Below are positions 1 through 10,930 of a stretch of DNA of 64,000 bases, in pieces (the stretch's first letter is position 1; each line of letters begins with the position of its first letter). Under the pieces are notes generated by a model. The model was not told the origin of the DNA, ran no database searches, and saw nothing but the letters and a program-made list of their open reading frames with translations. Where the stretch lies: assembly GCF_018977255.1 (NCBI RefSeq), contig NW_024704742.1:13890001-13954000 (forward strand). Reading direction: 5' to 3'. Made by a program: the position numbers and the translations under genes. Source of the DNA: Callorhinchus milii. Its lineage: Eukaryota.

Positions 1-24
1 CTGTTTCCCCCTCTCAACATGCCT

Positions 25-131
25 CAGTTCTGATGAAGGATCGTGGACCTGAAATGTTGACTCACTTTCTTTTCTCCATGGATGCTGCCTGACCTGCTGA
101 GCTTTCCCAGCTCTCTCTGTTTCTGTTCCAG
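25..131 (+). mobile_element. Penelope-like terminal repeat fragment with minimal hammerhead ribozyme motif (copy 1)
   Basis: agtt-CTGATGA-agg..cct-GAAA-tg-tt-gact, followed by 'ctccatggatgctgcctgacctgctgag'. Homologous to 12526-12629. Confidence 0.7.
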
Positions 132-184
132 CTTTACAGTTCTCTGGGACACAACTTGGAATGCTCCACAACAATTATTATTCC

Positions 185-395
185 ACAATAATAATCCGTC
201 CAAAAAAAAACAATAATAAATTGGTCATTTTCAATCTACGACTGTTTGTGGGACATTGCTATGCGCAATTGGCTGCCACGTTCGCCCACAAATATACAGT
301 CAATTCACTTTACAGTGTGTTCTGCGAAGCGCTTTGGGATGTCCTCCCAACGTGAAAAGCGCTATATCAAATGCAAGGATTATTATTATTATTAT
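185..395 (+). mobile_element. Young Deu-domain SINE, 5'-truncated
   Basis: Near-identical to the 3' two-thirds of the copy at 17755; ends in an (ATT)n tail. Confidence 0.9.
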
Positions 396-455
396 ATTCT
401 GTGAAGCACTTTGAGACATCTAGAAAGATGTGAAAAGCCTATATCAAATGCAATA
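396..455 (+). mobile_element. Second SINE 3' tail ('tctagaaga' loop variant)
   Basis: ttctgtgaagcactttgagacatctagaaagatgtgaaaagcctatatcaaatgcaa. Confidence 0.75.
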
Positions 456-609
456 ATATTATTATATTAATAATATTAATAATAATAATTATAATAATAT
501 ATTAATAATTATAATAATATATTAATAATATTAATAATATTATTATAATATTAATAATATTATTATAATATTAATAATATTATTATAATATTAATAATAT
601 TATTATTAA
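452..609. repeat. Pure-AT tandem repeat grown from a SINE tail
   Basis: Only A/T bases; the 20-mer tattataatattaataatat occurs three times exactly at 541-600. Confidence 0.95.
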
Positions 610-614
610 CTTCA

Positions 615-870
615 TGGCTCTCTGTGTGAAGAAATGTTTCCTGACCTCAGGTTTAACTCTCTTAGTTCTGACTTTAAGGCAATGTCTCCTCGTAATGGAT
701 TTCTCTACCAAAGAGAATAGTCATCATTATCTAACCTATTAATTCTTTTCATTATTTTAAATACCTCAATCAAATCTTCCTTATCCTCTGCTCTAAGGAA
801 TATAATCCAGTCTATGTAGCCTCTCATCATAGCTAAACCCCTTCAGCTCAGTTAATAATCTAGTGAGCAT
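615..870 (-). mobile_element. CR1 LINE fragment (ORF2 C-terminal region)
   Basis: Reverse complement resembles 20340-20600 (gatttgattgaggtatttaaaat; tttcttcacacagagag). Confidence 0.75.
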
Positions 871-1069
871 ATATTATCCATGTCTATCAGCATTGTAAAG
901 AATAATGTCCTCTCTCAAACTTATTTCCTCTATCAAAAGATTTTATTTCCATCGATATCTTTTTATAAAATGTCTCTTTTGTTTCTCTAAGTCTTCCCCA
1001 ACTTCTCAATGCAATTGTACAGTACAATTATACAATAGGCTATTGTATGCCTATTGCCTATTGTATAAT

Positions 1070-1926
1070 TGCCATTCAGGAACCTTGGTGTTCTGTTCGA
1101 CCCTGAGCTGTCCTTTCTTCCTCATATCCGCGCCACAACTGGCACCGCCTTCCAACACCTCCGAAATATTGCCAGACTACGGCACTACCTCACCCCTCAC
1201 GCTGCTGAAACTCTGGTCCACGCCTTTATCATCTCAAGGCTGGACTATGGGAACTCTCTCCTCACCGGCCTTCCCGGCACCTCCCTCCACAAGCTGCAGG
1301 TCATTCAGAACTCTGCAGCTCGTGTACTGTCCCGCACCAGGCTTCGCGACCACATCACTCCCACCCTCGCTCGCCTCCACTGGCTCCCATCCCCCAGAGG
1401 ATCGAATTCAAGATCCTCATCCTCACCTACAAGGCCATTCACGGCCTTGCTCCCTCCTACCTCTCCAACCTACTATCCCCCTACCTACCTGCTCGTACCC
1501 TCCATTCCTCTGGCTCCGGTCTGCTCCACATCCCCCGCCCCAACGGCCCTACCATCGGTGGTCTGGCCTTCAGCCTCTCAGCCCCCAGGCTCTGGAACTC
1601 TATCCCCCAGTGCCTTCGCCGCCTCCTCCCTTTCCTCCTTCAAGGCCGGTCTCAATACCTTTCTCTTTGACCGTGCCTTCAGCTCCCCTCTTGACTCTCT
1701 ACCCCCTCCTCGCTCCCTCCCTTCCCTCCCCTCACCCTGACCATTTCCCCCCTCCTCGCTCCCTCCCTTCCCTCCCCTCACCCTGACCATTTCCCCCCTC
1801 CTCGCTCCCTCCCTTCCCTCCCCTCACCCTGACCATTTCCCCCCTGCTCGGGTCCTGCTGTACAGCGCCTTGGGACGTCCTCCCGACGTGAAAGGCGCTC
1901 TATAAATGGAATTTTGTTGTTGTTGT
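1070..1926 (+). mobile_element. L2 LINE 3' fragment (RT C-terminus, 3' UTR, (TTG)n tail)
   Basis: Translation RNLGVLFDPELSF..HLRNIARLR..LVHAFIISRLDYGN..IQNSAARV..HITPTLARLHWLP; frameshift near 1390; 3' stem-loop and ttgttgttg tail. Confidence 0.95.
1702..1845. repeat. 46 bp tandem triplication inside the L2 3' UTR
   Basis: 'ccctgaccat' recurs at 1735, 1781 and 1827, with identical sequence between. Confidence 0.95.
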
Positions 1927-2204
1927 GGCCACATATAAAGTTAGGCTAACTTGTTTCAGCTGACATTTATCGTTCAGATGAATCCCAGGGATAACTTTAT
2001 ACAACATTCACAATTGTTGGATGTTTTTGTGAATGATCAAAAACACACTCAAATTGCTTTCCCTTTTTCCTGCTAGACACAAATTTACAAGTGAATTTTT
2101 TTCTTCCTGTTCTGTTGTCAGCGCTCCGAGACACTATCCTGCATCAATTGTGCTATATAATAACAACAACAACAACAAGATTACATTTGTAAGTGGTAAA
2201 TAAG

Positions 2205-2480
2205 TAAGTAAGTAGCAGTAAGTAGGAACCTGGTTGTTAGTCAATTGGTGGATCGCTTTTCTGGGGGTAATAAACCCTTCAAAATAAATAAATAAAAGTA
2301 ATAATTTGTTTACTCAATTCACGACTGTGTGCAATTGGCTGCCGTGTTTTGCCCACAACTTTTACAGTCAAATTCACTTTACAGTATATTCTGCAAAGAG
2401 CTTTAAAATGTCTTGAAGATATGATAAGGTATTATCTCAAATGCAAGAATTATTATTATTATTAATATTATTATTATTAT
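2205..2480 (+). mobile_element. Older Deu-SINE variant, 5'-truncated
   Basis: 'agcagtaagtaggaacctggttgtta' (also at ~21908), Deu motif gtgcaattggctgccg, and an (ATT)n tail. Confidence 0.75.
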
Positions 2481-4802
2481 GTCATTCAAATGTCTCAAAG
2501 TGCTTCAGAGGTTATACTGTGAAGTATAACGACTGGGTATTTGATAGGAAAAGTCATGATCTATTGTATCTCAGTGAACCAACAAGAATGCTTTCCACTG
2601 AACTTCACCAAAAGCTGCAGGGATTTATATTCTACCACTGTCTCTCTGTGAATACTAACTTGCCACCTACACAGGGCAGCATTTCAATCCAACTTCCTAA
2701 GCACCCTTCCTTCACTACACAAGGGCCTCTTTACAATTGTGGGTGTTGGTTGGAATTTAAGATTTTATGTTAAACTAATAATATCATTTGAGAACTAGAG
2801 CTAAAATGTAATCTGTCTGTATTGTAACAAATTTACATTACATTTTATGATGAAAAAACTGCTTTTGAAGAAAATATTCAAACTTATTAGTTTCCCCACT
2901 CCTAACTTTCCTGGTCTATTAAGGGTTGCTGCTGAGGAGCAGACAACATTAATGTGTTGAGAAGCACCTTGACCAAGGAGCGAGACACTCCATTAGCACC
3001 CCCTTTAAAAATCAGCCGCAAGTAATTATAATTAAAATAATCTTGGTTCATTCTATAAGTCTATTTTAATTTCTTTCCTAAAAATATATTTGTTCAAACA
3101 GTCAGTGCTGGTGATGACTCATCAAGGAAACTAGCTTGGCTGAATTATTGTGCCTGATAGTGTGAGGGAGTTGAATGAGCATCAGTGGATATACTCACTA
3201 ATCTGGGGTACTTCAGTAAACTTGCCATTTCTACTGTACATGTTAATTTAACTCCTTCACAATATTCTCAATTCTCAATTCTCAAGTGACTCCTCCAAGT
3301 CAGTTACCCTGATAATGTCATCAGCAATCACAGCTTAAAAAACTCAACCAACACCCCCCCCGAAATAAGCTAACCCTTAGAGTGCCATTTTGAAACAGTT
3401 GGCCCAGAGAGGCAAGTCTTCAAAGACTTACTGTGTGTCTACAAATTGAAGTTAATCATAATCAATTTATTTTATAATGGTGAGAATCCATCTTTAAACT
3501 TAATACCAATGGCTTTTTGAGTAGTTTAATGGTTTGACATTTGACCTGTGCAGAACTATAGTTTTGTCGTCCCATGACAGAAAACATAATTGGGGACAAT
3601 GGACAAATTGCTGTACAATTCTATGATTCTATAAAAATACTGCAATGACAAAGTCAGTCCACAAGTAGCAATGGGGAAATATTACATGGAGAAACAATGG
3701 GGAATATTAAATTTATCAAAATAAAATAGAAGCAGACTCCTAGAGTTGATTTTGCTTGAGAAATACAATGATTCTATAGTAATATATTGTTGTGAATTAT
3801 TAACACCTCGTATTAACAACAATATGAGTGCACGCTCTATTTTTATATATATGAAATAGAAAACTGATATTACGCAGAACAGTGTATAAGTAATTCATGA
3901 AATTAATTTTAAGAAGATGTTTTTTTAAAAACATGCCATTTTATTTCATCAGACAGTGTGGTGTTGAACTGAAAAGCAACTGGATATTGATCACTGCCTG
4001 GAAACTGATGGAAACATTAGCTATGTGCTTTCAAAGCAGTCAGGTTAATTTGCAGCTGACTCCATTGCTACAATCCTGTGATTGCAATGTTTTGACTATT
4101 TGCCTCAGGCGTTCTCTATCAGGGAGTCTGTACTAACCCTCTGTCAGCTCATTTGGTAAGACTCAAACAGCCACATTTAGTACCAAATGTCACAGCCTAA
4201 CATGATGCTGGAAACTAAAATTCTCTGTATATAGAAGAAAGTTTAATGATAGGATGTTTGAAAAAACACTGTTAGCAAAATTGCATGAACTCTAATAGGA
4301 AAGTAACAAAAGCTTTTGCTTTAACCTGAGCAATCATTGAACTGTTTGGTTATTCTTGTATTTTGTCTATTCCTTTCTATCCTAAAAAAAATTCCCTCCA
4401 ATTTTCTGTCTCTGAAAGTGGCCAAGTGGGAGCCTCCGTAGCAAGTGTCACCGGATTACTAAACCATGGGAGGTATCCAGTGAAGTTGACAATCCTGTCC
4501 ATACTGTATTTGGCCATTCATGACAACAAAGAGAGTGAATGCTGTGTGATTTTTCTTCCTCAAATAATTCCAGGTTAACTGAGACCATTTGCAGCTACCC
4601 TACCACGGAACTGGCTGACATCAGCTATCTATTTATTCCTAAATGTTTTAGCATGCATTATTTCCCATTAAAGCAACAGATTGTGTGGGTGGAGTGGGGT
4701 GGGGGGAGGGGGATAGTTAGGTCACATAAGATACCCATCAGATTGTAAAAACAAAAAAAGCAGGTATTCAATTACAGCGTCATCAAGCTTGGAATGGTTT
4801 GT

Positions 4803-5362
4803 TCATAGAACCATAGAAAACTACAACACAGTAGGAGGCCTTTCGACCCATTGTATTATTGTCAGTGTTTGCTCCTCCAACGAAGCCATCTATCCTAATC
4901 CCAATTCCCCATACCCTCTGATACTCTTCCTCCATATGTGGCTATTTGATTACCTTTTAAATGTGTCCAATAATAATAATAATAATCCTTGCATTTGATA
5001 TAGCGCTTTTCACGTCGGGAGGACGTCCCAAAGCGTTTCGCAGAACACACTGTAAAGTGAATTGACTGTATATGTGTGGGCGAACGCGGCAGCCAATTGC
5101 GCACAGCAATGTCCCACAAACAGTCGTAGATTGAAAATGACCAATTTATTATTGTTTTGGTTTTGGAGGGATTATTATTAGGCGTGTAGAGTAAGGAAAC
5201 TTGCCCAAGGTTTCACCCTGCCTGGAATTGAACTCAGGTCCCTCGCTTGCAAAGCGAGTGCTCTAACCACTGAGCTACAGGACTCCAATCAACTCTTATC
5301 CAACAACCACCACTGGCTGTTCATTCCATACTTTGATAATCCTTTGGGAGAAAGACTACCTT
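4803..5362 (-). mobile_element. CR1 3' end interrupted by a SINE
   Basis: catagaaccatagaa is the reverse complement of the ttctatg terminal repeat; CR1-like sequence resumes after 5288. Confidence 0.65.
4969..5287 (-). mobile_element. Full-length young tRNA(Ala)-derived Deu-SINE
   Basis: Reverse complement has A box TAGCTCAGTGG, B box GAGTTCAATTCC, Deu body, L2-like tail and (ATT)n. Confidence 0.95.
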
Positions 5363-5614
5363 CTAAGTGGGCACTGTCCTACACAAAAGTATTTTTGAAA
5401 TGTACAACATAACATAAATCATGCTGAAATGTCTCATCGTGTCTTTTATTTGTGACATCATCCTTAGAAAAAGAATGGATAGCTCTTCTCCATTCCCTGA
5501 CAAAGCAAGGCCAGTCATTTTCTCATGAAGGTTATTATCCTTAGATTTGACCCAGAGCCTAGAATGTTGAAATGCACTTTTCAAAAGGTAATTTACAATA
5601 ATTACTGTTTACGT

Positions 5615-6242
5615 ACAGTGATTGTGTATTTGTAAGTAAATGCTGCAGCCAAATGTTTCTCAGTAATGAGATGAATGACCAATTTATTTGGGAAGATTAT
5701 TGGCCAGGACATTGAGAAACTCCCTTCTCTTTTTGAATAGCATCATGTGTTCTTTAAAATCCACCTGGACCTTGGTTTAACATTTCATTCATAGGATAGT
5801 TGATGTCAGCCCGGCTCAGTTGTAGCACTCTTGCTTCTAAATCAGAAGTTTGTGGTGTAAAGCATCACATTGGAATAGTGAATTCAGAGTCTAGGGTGAT
5901 AGTCCAATACAGTGCCATGGGATATACTTTGATAAGATATTAAACCAAGTCTGCTTGTTCAGGTGAACATTAAATATCCCATGTTACTATTCGAAAAAAG
6001 AAGCAAGTTTCTATTAGTGGTCTGGCCAACCCCAGCTAAAATTGGTCATTCACTTCATGCTGTTTGTGAGTTGTTACTGTGCCCAAATTAACTCAATTTT
6101 TTGTCTGCAAATTGCACTTTATGGACCCTGCACTGCAGACGAGCCAGCCTAAATTTCAAGCTCAAAATACCTAATATGGGACTTGGACCTACAGCCTCAG
6201 ACCTAGAGGTAAGTGTGTTACCAACTGAGACAAACTGACATA
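5615..6242. mobile_element. Old SacSINE1-like Deu-SINE cluster: a + copy (~5802-6085) between the body and head of a - copy
   Basis: + head gtcagcccggctcagttgtagcactcttgc; - body at 5615-5800; - head ttaccaactgagacaaactgaca at ~6220-6240. Confidence 0.7.
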
Positions 6243-7189
6243 ACAGCAACAGTACAAGAGAGTACCTGATTTTTGTTCTACATTTATTCCATTCCTGTTT
6301 GCCTGCAATACTACATTGATAGAAAGTATCATACCTTTTTCTGCAGGTTAAGCAACAGCTTAAGTGCAACAATTACTGTTTTAGATTTTTTTTCCAAAGC
6401 ATTTTAGTTTCCAGTTGGAGTATTAGGTCTGCTAATGATATTATAGCCCTAACATATAATGTTCTCTCATTATAAACCTTGCCTTCAAAAACCAACAGCT
6501 GACATTGAACTGAGACGATTGCCCAGGGGCAATCTTTTGTTGTTTTCTAGCTTGTTGTTCAAACTTATTAAAATAAATTAATTGAAATGCAGTAAGTATC
6601 CTAAGCTTCAAATTAAAACATAATTTGATTAACTATTCAACTCAGTATTTATAACTCACTGGCAAATATTGAGCTATCATACACTGTAAACCAGATTGGG
6701 ATTCTTTCTTGTTACTGTGCCCAGCTGAGATTTCTATTTGATAAAGTCATTGAAATGGCTGGGTTGGGAATGATACTGGTGTTATTTATTGTGATTTGTA
6801 TATCTGATTTCACCCAGATAATTCAATTACAATTTTTACAATTTGCATTTATATGCTGCTTTTCACTTTTGAAAGTGTATGATGAAATAATAGAGAAAAA
6901 TGTGTTTCAGAACAATCAAAATGCTTTACAAAATTCAGAAGAATTTGTGCCTGACAGAAATCTGGTGTCATGGTTTGAGAATTACACTTTAATGTTCAGA
7001 ATGACACCTCTGTTCTTACACAGTTGGACAGTGACGCATAAATACAATGTTCAGTTCCCATGTTAAAATGATTTATTTCTGGTACCCAGGTAGCACATAA
7101 AATATATAACAGACAAACTATGAAGCACAACAATTACCGTAGTTAATCATAAATATAGTAATTGTTTACTGTATTTATGATAAACAATT

Positions 7190-7435
7190 ACCTCCCACCC
7201 TTTGGAACTCCATCCCACATTCCCTTCGCCTCACCCCCTCCCTTGCCTCCTTCAAGGCATGTCTCAAGACCCTCCTCTTCAACCATGCCTTCGGCCACCT
7301 TCCTACCCTTCCTGCCCTCCACCCTCCTTCATCCTAAACCCCCAGCTTGGTTCCAAATCCCTGACTGTCCAGCACCTTGGGATGTCCTCCCGATGTGAAA
7401 AGCGCTTTACAAATGTAATTTTGTATTGTATTGTG
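7190..7435 (+). mobile_element. L2 3' end fragment
   Basis: tggaactccatccc..ccttcaagg..ctcttcaaccatgcc..cagcaccttgggatgtcctcccgatgtgaaaagcgct. Confidence 0.85.
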
Positions 7436-7759
7436 TAAGTCAATAGCAGGTGGCTATTTAGAAATTTACTACAGGGTTTGTGGGTGCTTAAAGATGGCTC
7501 TGCTTAAACCTCTATCATTAAAAACATCTTTGAGGAATTTTTAACTTTGCGGGTTTGTTGGTGGCTGTTTTTGACCATGAGTATCCATGCAGGTGGCGGT
7601 TGTGGTGGTGGGGCGGCTGGGGGGTGGAGGGAGTTGGAGGAATGAATCAGTTTTCAGCAGGAATTTTCTTCTACAAAGAGCTCTTACTTTACACTGCCTC
7701 TTACAGCTATGGGAATGAGATTACCTGTATTCTCACCTGCACTAAATTTCATCCTTCCA

Positions 7760-8188
7760 TTATTCCAGTCCTTGATCAAACTCCATTGGTTCCCTGTCAT
7801 AGAGCGGATCAATTTCAAGATCCTAACTCTTGTATTTAATTCCTTCATGCCCTGGCACCACTGTATCTCTCCAGCTTGATCTCTCCCTACACTACTGTCT
7901 CACACGACTGGCTCCGGCCTCCTCCTTGTCCCCCGGACCCTCCGCCCCTCTATCGCCGGCCGTGCTTTCAATCACGACGCCCCAAAGCTGTGGAACTCTC
8001 TCCCTCAATCCCTTCGCCTTGCCCCCTCTCCCCATTTTTAGGTCGCGCTTGAAGATCTTCCTCTTTAAGTGTGCCTATGATCAACTTTCTCCTCCCCCTG
8101 TGTCGGCATCAGGTTCCACCACTATTAAGCGCTCAAGGATGCTGGACTGCGTGAAGCGCGCTGTGTAACTGCAAGTTGTTGTTGTTGT
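7760..8188 (+). mobile_element. L2 3' fragment
   Basis: ctccattggttccct (LHWFP), gatcaatttcaagatcct, and a gttgttgttg tail. Confidence 0.85.
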
Positions 8189-8474
8189 AAGCTTATAAGT
8201 GTAAGTATCATAGTTCCAAAATACTGTTGAACATCTATAAAGCCAAAACCTGTTGTGGGAAGCCGCAATCCCGCAGAAAATTTGTACAGTTGTTGTGCTT
8301 CATAGTTTGTCTATTATATATTTTACGTGGTGCCTGGGTGATGGCAATGGGTCATTTTAACAGGGGATCTTAACGCATCTGCCTCCGTGTATCTCTGCCT
8401 CCATACACCTGTTTCTGTGCACACTACCTCCATGCGCTTCTGTTTGATGATACATTAATAGTGGTGGTGTGTGT

Positions 8475-9753
8475 ACCCTTCCTGACCAAAGTTTTAGAAT
8501 GTGTCGTTGCAAATCAACTTTACTCACACCTCTCCCTCCACTCCCTACTCGAACCCTTCCAGTTTGGCTTTCACCCTGCCCACAGCACAGAGACAGCGCT
8601 CGTCATAGTAACAAATGACATGCTTTCTCTCTGTGAGCAGGGCTCCCTCTGCCTCCTCGTTCTCCTGAACCTCTCCACCACGTTTGACACAGTTGATCAC
8701 ACTATCCTCCTCTACTGCCTCTCCTCCCTAATCCACCTCAGTGGGCCTCCACTCGCATAGTTCAAGTCCTACTTAACAAACCGCCAACAATATATCTTGG
8801 CAAATGGTTTGCGGATGACACCCAAATCTACTTCTCCTCCTCCAGCTGTGACTCCCAGTCTGCTGATGTCTGGTTAGCGTGTTTGACAGACATCAAGGCC
8901 TGGATGAGCACAAATTTCTTGCCGCGTAATGTCGGCAAGATGGAAGCCATACTCTTTGGCACCTGTCAATATCTTCTTTCCTGCGGGTCTGAACTCCTCA
9001 ACCTCCCCGAGCTCTCCCTCAGACTCACCGAACTTGTGCGCAACTTAGGCATTCAGTTCAATCCCCAGCTTTCCTTTCTCCCCCACATCTGTTCCTGACC
9101 AGGATTGCTTTTTCCACCTCTGCCACATTGCTTACCTCTGTCTGTACCTCACACCCACAGCAGCCAAAACCCTCGTCCATGCCTTTGTCACTTTCCGGTT
9201 GGAAGTAGACTATTCTAATCCCCTCTTTGCTGGTCTCCCCAGCTCCACTCTACACAAAATCCAATGAATTCAAAACTTTGCCGCCTGGATTCTCACCCGC
9301 ACAAGCACTGTACCCCCATCAGAACAGTCTTAGCCAGGCTCCACTGGTTCCCAATCACCGAACGGATCAATTTCAAGATACTCTCACTCATTTTTAAATC
9401 CCTTCATGTCCTCGCACTTCCATACTTATCTGACCTGCTTACCCCTCTCCACCACCCGCTGCCTCCGCTCACCTGGCTGGCTTTGTCCCTCGTGCTCGTG
9501 CCTTCTGCTCCCACCATCGGTGGCTGTGCCTTCAATCACTCACCCGAAAGCTCTGGAACTCTCTTTCTAAATCTCTCTCTCTTGCCTCTCCTTCCACCTT
9601 CAACTCTCACCTAAAGACGCTTCTTTTTGATCGTGCTTACGGTCACCTCCCCTCTCCCTCTCCCTCTGGATTGTTGTCAGACTCCACCACTGTAAAGCAT
9701 TCCAGGGTGTTTCCCTGTGTGAAGGCACTATATAAACACAAGTTGTTGTTGTT
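8475..9753 (+). mobile_element. L2 LINE with decayed RT core through to the 3' end
   Basis: PFLTKVLECVVANQL..PFQFGFHPAHSTETAL..FDTVDH; ADDTQIY at ~8811; VRNLGI; LARLHWFP; (TTG)n tail. Contains stops, frameshifts and an internal deletion. Confidence 0.95.
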
Positions 9754-10164
9754 GACACACTGCCTTTTAAATTTCCTTTGAGTGATATTCGCTTGTTATT
9801 GAATTTGCATCTCAATTTGGGATTGTTTTCGTTGGTTATAACGCAATATCTGTGATTGTATGTCTTGCTTTGATATTTGAAGGTTTTCTTATTGGATTTT
9901 CATGCCTTTTGCTTCCTGTTCAGGATTTATATTGAGGTAATCAATGAGACTGGTTGTTTCTATACGAGTTAGAAATAGTTGTCTCTAACTTATTTCAATC
10001 TTGTTTTGGAGGTTGGTGGACATCTGTTGTTGCTACTCTTGCTAATAAGATCTATTATGTTCCATGTGTACAGCAGAAATTGCAGATGTCCTTCTTTAGG
10101 CAATTAAGAACTAATGAGAAGGAATCATTGTTAAATGGATAAATAACCACAAATGCGTTTGTGT

Positions 10165-10930
10165 ATCAGACTGGCTTAGTTGTTGCAATCTTACCTCTGA
10201 TTCAGATGGTTGTGGGTTCAAACCCCATGTGGTGATTTGGAATTCATATAGTTTAGACTAAAGCTTCAATGCAATGCTGGGGGATGGAGGGCAGTGTCAG
10301 AAGAGATGAGATGTTAAATTGAGGTTTTGTCTGCCTTGTTCAGGTGGATGTTATAGATCCCTGACAGATCGTGGAGTCCTGTAGCTCAGTGGTTAGAGCA
10401 CTCGCTTTGCAAGCGAGAGACCTGAGTTCAATTCCAGGCAGGGCGAAACCTTGGGCAAGTTTTCTTACCCACACAGAGCCTAATAATAATCCCTCCAAAA
10501 CCAAAAACAATAATAAATTGGTCATTTTCAATCTACGACTGTTTGTGGGACATTGCTGCCGCGTTCGCCCACAAATATACAGTCAATTCACTTTATAGTG
10601 TGTTCTGTGAAGCGCTTTGGGATATCCTCCCGACGTGAAAAGCGCTATATCAAATGCAAGGATTATTATTATTATTATCCCACAGCACTATTCTGAAAAT
10701 AAGAAGAGATTTTGTGCCTGTGTCCTCGCTAACAATCCTCAATTGTGCCTATTCCAATATTACTAGGTAATATAAATAAAACTGGTAATTTCACTTCATG
10801 GCTGTTTGTGGAATATTGATATATGCAAATTGGCTACTGCATTTGCCTACAAAATATATAGTTTAAAGTATATAATGTTAAGCTTTTTGAGACATCCTCA
10901 TGTTGTGAAATGTGTAAAGATTATTATTGT
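10165..10930 (+). mobile_element. Old SacSINE1-like Deu-SINE interrupted by a young SINE
   Basis: Head ggttgtgggttcaaacccca; gttcaggtggatgttatagatccc before the insert, cactattc after it; Deu motif at 10800-10850. Confidence 0.75.
10371..10678 (+). mobile_element. Young tRNA(Ala)-derived Deu-SINE with a small Deu-domain deletion
   Basis: Near-identical to the 17755 copy, but cattgctgccgcg replaces cattgctgtgcgcaattggctgccgcg. Confidence 0.95.

Noticed and set aside
905..1786. 293 aa ORF
   Set aside because: An off-frame reading of the L2 fragment plus AT-rich flank, not a host gene.
1702..1845. Regularly spaced direct repeats, CRISPR-like at first glance
   Set aside because: There are no unique spacers, the context is eukaryotic and no cas genes are present.
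10371..10445. tRNA-Ala(TGC)-like sequence (also near 5215, 17755, 34056, 54102)
   Set aside because: It is always followed by the Deu body and L2-like tail, so it is a SINE head and not a tRNA gene.
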